A DNA stretch of 64,000 bases, taken from the NCBI RefSeq assembly GCF_009914755.1, contig NC_060946.1; one strand, given 5' to 3'. Below the pieces are notes generated by a model. The model was not told the origin of the DNA. It was given only the letters and a program-made list of their open reading frames with translations, and searched no databases. Source of the DNA: the human T2T-CHM13v2.0 reference genome, Homo sapiens. Shown here one piece after another: positions 39,528 to 52,606 of this stretch (its first letter is position 1; each line of letters opens with the position of its first letter). Made by a program: the position numbers and the translations under genes.

Positions 39528-41395
39528 GGGAGATCTTTTTCATGACTTATTTCCATAGAAATTGGGATCATACTATAAAAAGTTATTTGAAACTTATTTT
39601 CCTCTCTCATCAACACATTCCAGCCATCTGCAGGTCAACAGATGTCTATGCAACTAATTCTCATTCTCTTTAATATTTGCATAATATTCCATAGTAGATA
39701 GCAATCTATTCAACCGTTTCTAGTTTGATGGACATTTAGATTTAAACTAGATCTCACCTTAATTCAGCCATTCTCTATTGATGACCATTCAGTACCACAG
39801 AAAAAGAGGGAAAGCTGTCCATTTTTTTTAAAGCTAGTATAAGCTTAATTCTAAAACTTGACAAATCTTATACAAAAAGAAAAACTATGGACCAATCTCA
39901 TTTATGAACATAAATCCATGCAATTCTAAATAAAATATTAGCAAATGTAATCTAGCAGAATATCAAAAGAACAATGCACCATAATCTAGTGGTGCATTAA
40001 CAAACTTTGTTTGTTAATCAGTGCTGGAGAGGTATATGATGAGGTTCAGAGCTGTTTTGAATGAAAACTATAAACCTAATAGTAACTGAAGGAAAAGACT
40101 TATATGCAACCACAACTATCAGAAACCAAGACCAAAAACAGTATTCCATAGGGCATACCAAACTATTTCCCTCCATCTCGGGAATGAGAGGACACCTGCC
40201 TGCACCACTGGGAATCAACCAAGTGTGTTGTCAGACCCTTCCACTTTCCTTGTGGTCTTCATGAAGACAAGAGCTTTTCATCATGGGCATCATCCTGCAG
40301 TGTTATTGAGTAGCTCCCAGTGGCTAGTAGGAAGTTACTCCAAATGATGTATCTGTTTGCCTTCTCTAGAAGAGTTCCCCATCTCAAGGTGAAATAACCG
40401 CTTTTTTTTTATCCTCCACATCCTAGGAATTTTAAGGGAGAGGAAAAATGAGAGGACTCAGGGGAGTTAATCTTCTCGCCATTTAGGAAAGAGTGACATT
40501 TATTAGTGTGAGCCTAGGCAGCCAGATGGATTTTGTTGGGAACATGTGCGGAGCCCCCTAGTGGGGTGGTGATGCTAGCCCGGGACCTGTAGGGGAGAAT
40601 TCAGGAGCTGAACAGGGCGAGAAGCACTTATGAACTGGGGTCCCAGAGAAGGAGGGTCCAGGTGAAATAGCTTGCTAGAGTCAATCCTAGGTGCGTGCAG
40701 ATGTCATCCTGTGTGTGACCACTCTGTAAATGAACCCTGGTGGCACGGGGTCTTCTCCTGTGCTTAGCCCTACCTCTCTGTTCCCTCTCAAGAGAGAGGA
40801 GGGTGTCAGCCCTGGCACCCTACTCACACCAGTCACTTTGTTGGCCTTGAGATTGTGTTTCTGGTCTGCCTCAGCATCTGACTTTCCACCCCGGGATGCG
40901 TTTGGTCTGTTTTGCCAGTTAGAGAACTGGAGACACCTGAGCCTGAGCTCCTTCCTAATGGTTACATTTCCCTGGTAGCATTTGTCACTAGGGCTTCTAA
41001 ATTTGGCCATCAGGATTTCCTCAGGCTTGGAAGGTTAACACATACTGCCCAAGAGGGAGGCAATATAATGTAACATGGGTGCCTCAGCTTCCTCATCTGC
41101 AGAATGGGCTGAGGATAATACCTCGTCACGATCACCCGGAACAGGGCCTGGCATACTTTACCTAGCGACTTTGTAGGGACTTAGTGAATGTTCCCCAACA
41201 GATCTGTCACAGAAACTGTAAATATTGCCCTTCACCCCTTCCGCACCTCTTGCAGCAGTGTTATCCAGGAAGGTTGGAAACCTTAGGAGATGAAGGGGCC
41301 CTTTTCTCAGGGCACTCCAAGAGAACCCTCTCAGTGTCTTTTAAAATTGTCAAGGTCCCAGCTCATAGCAGTTCCTCATAAAATACCATTCCTGT

Positions 41396-41728
<333 letters not shown>

Positions 41729-41867
41729 TCATCCTATTCCCCAAAAAGTGAGAAGGGCAGGCTGTGTAGATGGCATTCCTGAGAATGAGCCAGTGGAGAG
41801 CATCTGGCCCTGGCATGTGAATTCAAGCCTTTTCCCAGCTGTAATAACCACCCTCTTTTTTCCACAG

Positions 41868-41892
41868 GGGCTAAACTGCACGGTCAAGAATA
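41868..41892 (+). CDS. IL17RA: IL17RA exon 2 (25 nt, GLNCTVKN)
   Basis: ctcttttttccacag| acceptor; ATA|gtaagt donor. Confidence 0.96.
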
Positions 41893-42602
41893 GTAAGTCA
41901 TCTTTTTCTGTTCTTCTTCTTGTTGCCTTCTTAATCAAGTGAGAGCCTGCTGCCAACTTCTGACAGAAGTCTTGCCATGCCACTCCAGGTTCAGGCTGTG
42001 AGCTACAGCCATCCGCAGGAGGGTTCCCGGAGAATTGTGGATGCGTGCACCTGCGCTTCCTGTCGAGAACATTCATTATGCAAAAGTCAGGAAAGGAGAA
42101 ACAGAACTGTCATTTGGATTGTGAAAGTATTCTCTGGGGAGCTGCCCTACTGTATCTATAATATAATTTGATTTGCCACAGCTTGTCACTGTAAAGTGAG
42201 AGACATCTGTGCTGTTGATTTTGTTTTGTTTTAATTCAAAGAGGCACATATTCAAGTGTCTGAGCCAATTAGAGACCCCTGACATATAACAATAAAGCAG
42301 CTCTTACTACAACTGCATCCCTCCTGTGCCCTTATTCCCAATCACAACTTCTTCTCAAAATCAACTTGTGTACTTTGTCTTCTCTCCTAAAATTCCCTTT
42401 AGACTTGAGAGGTTTGCAGTGACCCCAGTAAACATTAGAGAAGAGGGAGCAGGGCAGTAAAGCTGAGGACGCGGCCAAGGGCCACAGGCTGGAAGGCCGC
42501 GGGCCCCTGAGCTGTTTGCTGTCTAGCTGTCTGTACCTGCTGCTGGGGCATCTCAGGGTCTCGGCTATAAGTCTCTGAATGTTGCTTTTCCCTGGCTGCC
42601 AG

Positions 42603-42749
42603 GTACCTGCCTGGATGACAGCTGGATTCACCCTCGAAACCTGACCCCCTCCTCCCCAAAGGACCTGCAGATCCAGCTGCACTTTGCCCACACCCAACAA
42701 GGAGACCTGTTCCCCGTGGCTCACATCGAATGGACACTGCAGACAGACG
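42603..42749 (+). CDS. IL17RA: IL17RA exon 3 (147 nt, [21 protein letters not shown]...WTLQTD)
   Basis: gccag| acceptor; ACG|gtgagt donor; frame continuous. Confidence 0.96.
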
Positions 42750-43580
42750 GTGAGTGGGCATGCCAGCAGGGCCCTGGGGGATTCTCCCTGCCTCCAAGTG
42801 GCTCTCCCAGTCAGGCTCAGGATTGGGCTCCCAGTCCTGTGCTCAGACATGGGGGTTCAAATTTAGTGCTATAAGGATCCGTCATTTCATGCAGTCAAAT
42901 ACTTGTTCAGCATTTTAGATATTAACCCACAGTGATACCTTCTCATCACACCATTCTTCATGAAAGGACTTCCTTCAACCTAATATTTTTAGCACCCTGA
43001 GGGGAAAAAAAAGCAAGCAGTTAATTTTGTGACTACAGTACCAAAAATGAAGTGGAAAATGGTAACACATTTGTCAACCTGTTCCCTGAATTTAGGGGCC
43101 AGCACTTTTAAAACGTCCCCCAAGCCTATTCAGGAATGGAGAGTTTATGTTACAGAATTGGGACGATTGGGGCTTATGAGCACTAGCCCCAGATTTGTGA
43201 ACGGGGCATGGGGGAAGTTCTTTTTGGAAGTCCCCGCCCTCAGTGCTCCTGCTGACAGCCACAACCTCGTGAGGATGGTGGGGATGGCTGTGTTTGACAC
43301 CCATGCCAGATTGTCAAAGCCCTCACCACAAGTTTGCAAAGCCTTTACTTCTAGCCCAGTGTAAAGTGTCATTTTTCCTTGCCCAGCTGGGAAATAACTG
43401 TCTGCAAGGCGGTAGGCTGAGGCCAGAGAGTGAACTGAAAGGAACAGGATGTGGAGAGTTGGGTAAGACGGCAGATTTTCTTTTAGGAGTGAACAACCGC
43501 AACAGATAGGGAAGTGACACACCCAGCACTTGTCTTGGCTGATCTGCATCTGTTTGTCTTCTCTTCTCCCTCTCCTGCAG

Positions 43581-43693
43581 CCAGCATCCTGTACCTCGAG
43601 GGTGCAGAGTTATCTGTCCTGCAGCTGAACACCAATGAACGTTTGTGCGTCAGGTTTGAGTTTCTGTCCAAACTGAGGCATCACCACAGGCGG
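43581..43693 (+). CDS. IL17RA: IL17RA exon 4 (113 nt, [14 protein letters not shown]...HHHRR)
   Basis: Long pyrimidine tract then ctgcag|; CGG|gtaaga donor; lies within ORF 43514-43876. Confidence 0.96.
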
Positions 43694-45160
43694 GTAAGAA
43701 CACAGCTCCTGAGTGGATTATGTTCCACTGATGACACCAGTACAGACTTCTTGTCCCCAAATTCAGACCCTGATTTAGAGTGGGGGAGACCCAGAGGTGC
43801 TGAGGGAGTCTGTGGAATTCAGAATGGCAGCCTGAGATGGGCAGAAGTCAAAAGAGAAGTGGTGTGGCCGCCGTGAGCAATAGTGAGGGACAGAGCGTAT
43901 TTTTGAAAGCGTCCCTCACCTGCTCACCCCTGGTTTTTCTTCCCACTTTACCTAGCTATTCGTTCGGAAAGGAAGTTGAATTGGAAGGCAGCTTCCACAG
44001 CCCTACCTCCTGCCATCTTTGTGTAACTTTGTGTAACATCTTTTATGTGTAACTTGGATTCAGCTGGGGCCTACCTTCAGGAAGAAAAAACCGCCCAGAC
44101 CAAAGAACTGCTGTAGGTGGGCAAATGAGCACTACAACAGCTTAGTCTCATTTTGCTGCTCACAGCTAAATGGTGAAATGTTGATTCTTGTTTAAGTTTG
44201 TTTAAAGCAGTGGGTCTCAAAGTGTGGTCCGTAGACCAGCAGCCTCAGCCTCACCTGGGAACGTGGTAGAGATGTTTGGCCCCACCCCAGACTTCCCAGG
44301 CCAGAAACTCTTAGGGTGGGGTCCAGCAACTGGTGCTTAACCCTTAAGTCATCACGATGCGAGCCTTAGTTTGAAGACTACTGGTTTAAATCTGCAAATG
44401 GTCACTTGAAAACAAGTTAGATCTCCCACAAACTCAAGCAGCAAAGGCAGAACCCCTCTCCGATGTTAAATTAGGACCCCCAAACTTGACTGCTATGCGA
44501 ATGGTGAGAACCAGGTTCCTCCGTCCACTTAGAAGCAAAGGACCCCGGCCCCTCCACCAGGGTAACTAGAATGGGGGTTGGAGTCGATGTCTGTAATCTC
44601 TAACACCCAGAAAATAACTTAGCACAAATTCAAATATCATTGCAACTGAGGTGCCTGCTGGCCCAGGGTGAGTGGGGGTCTCTAGCTTGTCCTTTGCACC
44701 TTTTTACTCCATAATGGTCTCAAGAGGTTCCTGGCTTTTCCGTTTGAGGAGGAAGAATCATTTGACAAATAGTTTTTACCTGCCTGGCGTGTGCCAGATC
44801 TCCATAGCCCCAAGTCCCCTGGCTCCGCCCTCTCATACCCATTGTCCTAGAATTTGAGAGGGCAGGTGGGAGGGGTGGGACTACTTCCACTTTCCCCAAA
44901 TTCTTTTGCCTTATTCACTGTCTACTGATGAGGCCAGATCCAGGTTTAAAAAAAAAAAAAAAAAAAACAGGCAGAAAGGACCAGAGGAAACAAAAAACAA
45001 AGATACTGATTTCCCTGACCTTGGATTTTGCTGTGGTTGTTGCTTTGTTCTTATTTTTGGCTGAATATTCGGGAGTGGGTGGGAACGGGGGTCTTTGGGC
45101 ATAGATGGGTGACAGAGGTGTGTGTAATCCATCCACCTTCCCTTCCTCCCTTCTCTTCAG

Positions 45161-45287
45161 TGGCGTTTTACCTTCAGCCACTTTGTGGTTGACCCTGACC
45201 AGGAATATGAGGTGACCGTTCACCACCTGCCCAAGCCCATCCCTGATGGGGACCCAAACCACCAGTCCAAGAATTTCCTTGTGCCTG
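45161..45287 (+). CDS. IL17RA: IL17RA exon 5 (127 nt, [16 protein letters not shown]...NFLVP)
   Basis: ttctcttcag| acceptor; CTG|gtaaga donor. Confidence 0.96.
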
Positions 45288-46801
45288 GTAAGAGCATCCT
45301 CCCAAGACATTCCCTCCCCAATGGCCTCTGTGAGAAGGAAGCACCAGGTGGCACAGATGCCAGCCCCCCTGCTCAGCAAGACATTGGCTGGCATTGCCAG
45401 CACCTGGGACCCACAGAACAAACAGAGGCCAAGACTGGGAGTGCTTTGGTGTGTGCTGCAACCTCCATTCCCTGAGGCAGAGGCCATTCTCTGTTGGCAC
45501 AACAGTGGACGGTGGCCCAAGATCCCAGGAGTTTTATGGGAACCAGAGCACCTCCCTCTATCTAGAGAAGCACCCAGCCTGCCCAGAAAATAGCATAAAG
45601 GCAAGCCACAAGCCACTCGTGGGGAAGTTGCAGCCTCTGCCCCCAGCCTGGTCCCAGCCTCCGTGGCTTGCTCTTCTCCTTCCACCTTACATTCTGCCTG
45701 CATCATCCAACGTTCATCCCATGCATGGCGCTCTACTCCCCATGCCTATCCACACTGCCTGTGATTACCGCCAGGCTTTTCTTCTCAGGCATCCTTTGAT
45801 GTACATGTACCTTCTACTTCTCTGTCCTCCCCAGAAGCTCAGCTATTACCTACATTTCTCTCTTTTTGTTTTTAATAGAGATAGGGTCTTGCTTTGTCAC
45901 CCAGGCTATAGTGCAATTTTGCTATCCTAGCTCAATGCAGCCTCGAACTCCTGGGCTCAAGCGATTCTCCTGCCTCAGTCTCTCTACAATTCTCTGTCCA
46001 TAGCCAGCTATGTCAGGAAGCCCACTTGAAAACAAAGCCTGGGTCTTCTGCCCATTTTTATAATCTCCAGAACCTCACGAATTGCCTTGCATATAGTAGG
46101 TTGGTCAAGAAATGCTTGTTAAGGATGGTGTTGACCTTCTTCATCCTGGGACCACCCTGCACACACGCGTGCACACACACTCTGTGCTTACCCTGCTTTA
46201 TGTCACCGCGTGTGGCTCATCACTCCCTGACTGGTACTGCATGCTGTGTGTTTGCTTTTATTGGTCTCTTCTACTGGGTTGCAATCTCCAGGGGGCAGGG
46301 CTTTGTCTTGTTTACCACTGTACCTCCAGTGCCAAGAACAGGGCCTGGTGCATAGTTGGTGCTCAATATGTATTTGTTGAAGGAGTGAATCTCCTCAGTT
46401 CTCGCTTCTGTTCCTAAAGTTGACTGACTCAGTCCCTGTCCCTCCATGGTGATTCACACCTGTCACATGTCTTCTCAGCCTGTGCAAAGACAGGGGCAGC
46501 CGGGGACAAGAAGCTGTGGGTGGGCAGAGAAGGAACTGGAGGGGACCAAGATTGCTTGGTCACCCACAGCAAGCTCAGGAGGAATGCACTTGCATCAGGA
46601 GGGTTCCCCGAGAGATGAGGATCAGACAGGCAGGCTGGCACCCATGCCAAGGTGGGTCCAGCCCTGGAGCTCACTCTGAAGGGGCCACCTGCGGACAGGC
46701 TCCTAGTGGGGAAAAGATTGTTGTTCTTGGTGTCAGGAGTCTGGAAGAACAGATTTCTGAAGGCAGAGGCTTAATGAGTTTCCTTTTTTCTGGGTCGACA
46801 G

Positions 46802-46849
46802 ACTGTGAGCACGCCAGGATGAAGGTAACCACGCCATGCATGAGCTCAG
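46802..46849 (+). CDS. IL17RA: IL17RA exon 6 (48 nt, DCEHARMKVTTPCMSS)
   Basis: gtcgacag| acceptor; CAG|gtaaca donor. Confidence 0.95.
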
Positions 46850-46944
46850 GTAACAGCTGGCCCGGGAGAGCTTTATTTGGATGCATACACATGCACATGT
46901 GCGTGCCCCTCCTCACTCCCAGCCTGCGTGTGTGACCTTGGCAG

Positions 46945-47108
46945 GCAGCCTGTGGGACCCCAACATCACCGTGGAGACCCTGGAGGCCCACCAGCTGCGT
47001 GTGAGCTTCACCCTGTGGAACGAATCTACCCATTACCAGATCCTGCTGACCAGTTTTCCGCACATGGAGAACCACAGTTGCTTTGAGCACATGCACCACA
47101 TACCTGCG
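46945..47108 (+). CDS. IL17RA: IL17RA exon 7 (164 nt, [13 protein letters not shown]...HHIPA)
   Basis: ccttggcag| acceptor after a 95-nt intron; GCG|gtaact donor. Confidence 0.95.
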
Positions 47109-47466
47109 GTAACTCTGCTCTTTTTGACCCCTCTAGCATAGCTCAGGACCACCCCTCCAAGCCCTGAGTCTCTTCTCTGCTGGTCTGACAGAACCGCGTT
47201 GCTAGAAGCTCGCGACTCAGGGCTGTGCTTAGTCCATAGTGATCATGGCGCCTTGCCCTTTTTCTTCCCCAGTGATCTTATGCTTGATAGAAAGGCAGTT
47301 GACTGTGTCCTGCCCATGACTCAGTCCTTTTTGTTCTTTCCTCCCCCACACGCCCCCTTGTTCTCTTTTTGTTTTGCTTTGTTTATTACAAAAAGGATTT
47401 GAGGATTTAAAAAAAAGAAGAAATGTGAAAATAGAGACAAAGGGGAACTAAAGATAAGGAAATAAG

Positions 47467-48090
<624 letters not shown>

Positions 48091-48243
48091 TTACTACACG
48101 TACTTAAGGATTTACAATAAACCAGCTTCCATGCAGAAACGGAGTTTTTTTCTGGAATAGAAACCTGAAAAGCATTTCTCCCCTGGCCTTCCTAAGGGGT
48201 GCTCTGGACAGCCTCTCCATGGCAGTGCCACAGCGTGTTCTTA

Positions 48244-48319
48244 CCCAACTAGCCTTACCCATCCCAACTAGCCTTACCCATCCCAACTAGCCTTACCCAT
48301 CCCAACTAGCCTTACCCAT
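48244..48319. repeat. 4 perfect copies of the 19-mer CCCAACTAGCCTTACCCAT
   Basis: Units start at 48244, 48263, 48282 and 48301. Confidence 0.97.
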
Positions 48320-48337
48320 CCTCGCCTCTCTCCTCAG

Positions 48338-48421
48338 CCCAGACCAGAAGAGTTCCACCAGCGATCCAACGTCACACTCACTCTACGCAACCTTAAAGGG
48401 TGCTGTCGCCACCAAGTGCAG
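48338..48421 (+). CDS. IL17RA: IL17RA exon 8 (84 nt, [14 protein letters not shown]...RHQVQ)
   Basis: ctctctcctcag| acceptor; CAG|gtgggt donor. Confidence 0.95.
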
Positions 48422-48489
48422 GTGGGTGAGTGTGGTGTGGACAGGTGCAGGGAGCAAAACAGGTGGCAATTATAGAGTGGACAGGAGTG

Positions 48490-49314
48490 AGGAGTGTGCA
48501 CAGGTGAAGAGTGGTGTGGACGGGAGTGGGGAGTGTGCACAGGTGGAGAGAGTGGTGTGGACGGGAGTGGGGAGCGTGCACAGGTGGAGAGTGTGGTGTG
48601 TCTGGGAGTGGGGAGTGTGCACAGGTGGAGAGTGGTGTGGACGGGAGTGGGGAGCGTGCACAGGTGGAGAGAGTGGTGTGGACGGGAGTGGGGAACGTGC
48701 ACAGGTGGAGAGAGTGGTGTGGCTGGGAGTGGGGAGCGTGCACAGGTGGAGAGAGTGGTGTGGCTGAGAGTGGGGAGCGTGCACAGGTGGAGAGTGTGGT
48801 GTGGCTGGGAGTGGGGAGCGTGCACAGGTGGGGAGAGTGGTGTGGCTGGGAGTGGGGAGCGTGCACAGGTGGAGAGAGTGGTGTGGCTGGGAGTGGGGAG
48901 CGTGCACAGGTGGAGAGTGTGGTGTGGCTGGGAGTGGGGAGCGTGCACAGGTGGAGAGAGTGGTGTGGCTGGGAGTGGGGAGCGTGCACAGGTGGAGAGG
49001 TGTGGCTGGGAGTGGGGAGCGTGCACAGGTGGAGAGAGTGGTGTGGCTGGGAGTGGGGAGCGTGCACAGGTGGAGAGAGTGGTGTGGCTGGGAGTGGGGA
49101 GCGTGCACAGGTGGAGAGTGTGGTGTGGCTGGGAGTGGGGAGCGTGCACAGGTGGAGAGTGTGGTGTGGCTGGAGTGGGGAGCGTGCACAGGTGGAGAGA
49201 GTGGTGTGGCTGGGAGTGGGGAGCGTGCACAGGTGGAGAGAGTGGTGTGGCTGGGAGTGGGGAGCGTGCACAGGTGGAGAGTGTGGTGTGGACGGGAGTG
49301 GGGAGCGTGCACAG
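48490..49314. repeat. ~20 x 41-bp G-rich VNTR in intron 8 (GTGCACAGGTGGAGAGAGTGGTGTGGCTGGGAGTGGGGAGC)
   Basis: 20 GCACAGGTG cores counted plus one partial unit. Confidence 0.97.
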
Positions 49315-49610
49315 TCTGGCATTCTTGCTGGTGGACAGGGGAAAGCTTGTCCTCTCTGTGGCACCAAGCACCACTACCAGTCAGGATTCCTTGCCTGGTA
49401 AGGCACTGCCCCTGCCTTTCTCCTGTCTGGTTCTCCCACCCTCACCTGGGCAGGGGTTCTCTGACCCGCCCTTGCTGGAGGGAGATGATGGTCACCTGGA
49501 GATCGTGGTGTAGCCAGCCAGGATCCCCTCCTCTCACATTGCCGCTGCTGGCTGGAAGGCATGGGCGCTCTACAGTTCTGGAGCCCTTTTCCTGCCCTCT
49601 CTGCCCGCAG

Positions 49611-49695
49611 ATCCAGCCCTTCTTCAGCAGCTGCCTCAATGACTGCCTCAGACACTCCGCGACTGTTTCCTGCCCAGAAATGCCAGACACTCCAG
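49611..49695 (+). CDS. IL17RA: IL17RA exon 9 (85 nt, IQPFFSSCLNDCLRHS...PDTP)
   Basis: ctgcccgcag| acceptor; CAG|gtaggg donor. Confidence 0.95.
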
Positions 49696-50475
49696 GTAGG
49701 GGACATGCGGCTGTCCTAGGCCATACTGGGAGAACAAGTGGCTGAAGGCCCCCAGCCTGTGCTGCGTCCTTACCTGGTTCTGAGGGGTGATTAGGGAGGA
49801 GACTTTAGTTTAACTTGGAGTCCTTCAGGCCTGAAGTGTGGAGTGGGGCTTTAGAGTGTCACTCCCTGGGGCTGGACTCCTGGCTGTCTTTCATTAGCTA
49901 TGTAGCCTTAGGCAAATTACTTAATCTTTTTGATTCTCAACTTCCTTGACTGGAAAATGAGGTGGTTTTTATCCTAGAGCCCTAGTTCTGTGCCATGCAC
50001 TGAGCGCAGTGCTCCAACATGCCGTCCATTTTTTCATCCTCACTCATTGTGAGTCACGGTACTATGCAGTAGAGGATCCCCCCACCCCAAACCCCAGGTT
50101 CCTGGATAAGGAAACTGAGGCACAGAGATGTTGAATAACTTGTCCAAGATCACACAGCAGGGACGCTGTTTTCAAAAGTCGCATGCCCTAATGCACGGGA
50201 GGCTGCAGCCACGTGCTCACCAGAAGGCAAGGCGCAGGCATGGAGCCAGGCTGGAAGGAGAACCCAGCCTCCCAAGGAGGAGGCAAGGTGTCTCTTCTTA
50301 GACCAGCAACTCAAGTGTCTCTTGTAGATGGTTTCATTAAGTTCAACCTGGATCTAGAGTGCCTGGTGCAGGGCCAACATCATTAAAGCCCTCAAGGGAC
50401 GTCAGTTGTGTTTCTTGTGATGACTGGGAAGGGTTAAGAATGCTATTTTCCCTTTTTCCTCTGTTTTCATTGCAG

Positions 50476-50487
50476 AACCAATTCCGG
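50476..50487 (+). CDS. IL17RA: IL17RA exon 10 (12-nt microexon, EPIP)
   Basis: ttttcattgcag|AACCAATTCCGG|gtaagc; needed to give PDTPEPIPDYMP. Confidence 0.93.
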
Positions 50488-50732
50488 GTAAGCTTGGATC
50501 TCTCTCCGACAGCACTGCAGCCCTCAGGGGACATTCCCCAGTGGCCACTTGAGAAGTCCCTGCCTCAGCCAGGCAGAGAAGGCTGAACCGAGGCCAGCCC
50601 GGGGGGGCGGTGAGACCATGGTTTATCGTGGTGGGGCCAGAGAGGACAGAGCCTGGGGCTGGGGAGCAGGGCTGGGGGCCTCAGGGTGGGCAGGGCAGGC
50701 CCCGCCGCATCACGCTGTTCTGCTCACCGCAG

Positions 50733-50834
50733 ACTACATGCCCCTGTGGGTGTACTGGTTCATCACGGGCATCTCCATCCTGCTGGTGGGCTCCGTCATC
50801 CTGCTCATCGTCTGCATGACCTGGAGGCTAGCTG
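50733..50834 (+). CDS. IL17RA: IL17RA exon 11 (102 nt, transmembrane helix [23 protein letters not shown])
   Basis: caccgcag| acceptor; CTG|gtaagc donor; hydrophobic stretch. Confidence 0.96.
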
Positions 50835-52606
50835 GTAAGCGCTGGGGCTCTGGCTGTCCTGGAGTCAGGCTCTAATACCAGCACCACCACTCACTACCAA
50901 GGCAAATCGCTTTATTCTCAGAGCCTCAGCTTCTTGCTTGAGAACCACGTCATAAAGCTGTTGTAAGGACTGAGTGAAATAAGACACATGAATTCTTAGC
51001 ACAGAACCTGGCATGTGCTATTTGCACAGTATCTGTTAGCCACGATTATATTTGTTGTTATCAAATGTAGTATTATTAAAATCAATAGTTTGGAAGGAGC
51101 CGGAGTAAAGTTTCCCTGTGTCAGGAATGATCATCCAGGCAGGTGGAGCAGCCTGAACAACCCCATCCTGCAGCCGCCAGACGTGGACGCCTGGGGTCAG
51201 GGAGAATAGTGAGGGTCAGCATCGGGTGATAGAGAAGGCTCCGGCTGCCCTGAGCCACAGGGGTGGACCCCAGCCCCACCTCATTAGCCTTGTAGTCACA
51301 GGCCAGTTACTTAATACACCATGGATTCACTTTTCTGTAAAATGTACTGATAATGCCTCCCTCTAAGGGTGTGACGAAGGTTAAATGAGTAGCTGAGGAA
51401 GGTGCTTGCTGGTGGGGATTAGTACATACCAGTGTCTTCTCCCACCTGCAGCCCTCTGCTGGCCAAGTCCTAAGCCGGGAGAACACAGGCCTTCCGGTTG
51501 GGGCCTCAGCCCTTGCCTGCCCCACCATGACCCTAGGCTGCTCCTTCCGTCATCTGGGAAGCTGTTTCCACCCTTCCCTAGGCTCGTCAGGATTAGGTGT
51601 TAATCATTATTAATTATTATGTGGTAGAAAGAAAACCAGCCAGGCATGGGAGGACCTATGGGAGGTTCCGATAACATTCAGTAGCATCTCGGCCAGTGCT
51701 CCACAGGCGGTGCAGCTCTCTAAAGGTTTGGGGCTGGGCGGCGGCGGCGCTTTTGGTTTCCTTTCTGCTGTTGCGCTTCTGTTTTCCGAAGTGTCCTGCA
51801 CCACAGGGTGAAGGCAAGAGGAGCCTCGCTGTTATTTGGCTGTCTTGTGACAGTTCTGGGGAAGAGCTGAAAGGGTTAGGATTGAGATTAAGGTTCTAAG
51901 TCGTTTGCTCAGTCATCTGTGGATCTCAATCCTCCCAGCTGTCACTAAGGAGTTAACCCCCGCAGAGCAGTTTTTTCATCACATCTCTGAGGGGAACAAT
52001 TGCTTAAGTATGTGGGTTCCCCTTCCTCACCTCAAAAATACCAGGAGGAAATGTTGCAAGCAGCCTGGTGGGGCTGCTTCTGGAAAGAAGTGTGGTAAGA
52101 TGCATGTCTTCTGTAAAGACACTTCTGGGGAAGAGCTTTTCCTCATGTGGAGTCAGTTTGGGGTGGCCAAATTTCAGGGAGACAGGGCAGACCAGGACCG
52201 TAATGAGGAACCAGAATGGACACCACCCCCTGCCCCCCGGCACTGGGGGTCCCAGCTGGATCAGTGCTACAAAATAACTGTGATCCCAATTGATTATGTA
52301 CAACGTGCCAGGCACGTCACATACACACACTCATTTAATACCCATTAAACAAGAGCAAATACAGACCCACCTCACAGAGGAAGAAGCTGCATTTCAGAGG
52401 CACTAGTAACTGCTCCAGGTCATAGTGCTCGTAGTGGCAGACCCAGGACTCATGCCTGTGCGACCACCTAGCACGGCCTCGCTGCTCAGTCTCGGGGCTG
52501 CCCCCTTACCCTTCACCCTTTGTCAGGGATGGGGCAGACACCCTGTGAGCTGGTTTCTATTTCTCTTCCCAAAGAACCACTCCAGTGTATTTCTTTTCCT
52601 TTCCAG

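Noticed and set aside
44915-45706. 263-aa minus-strand ORF over exon 5
   Set aside because: No recognisable domain; runs through a poly-T tract; likely chance
48244-49314. CRISPR-like appearance of the regular repeats
   Set aside because: Head-to-tail units without unique spacers, no cas genes, mammalian intron
48334-49745. Six overlapping 280-346 aa ORFs on both strands
   Set aside because: Artefact of the stop-free 41-bp VNTR; periodic peptides, intronic location, no coding signature
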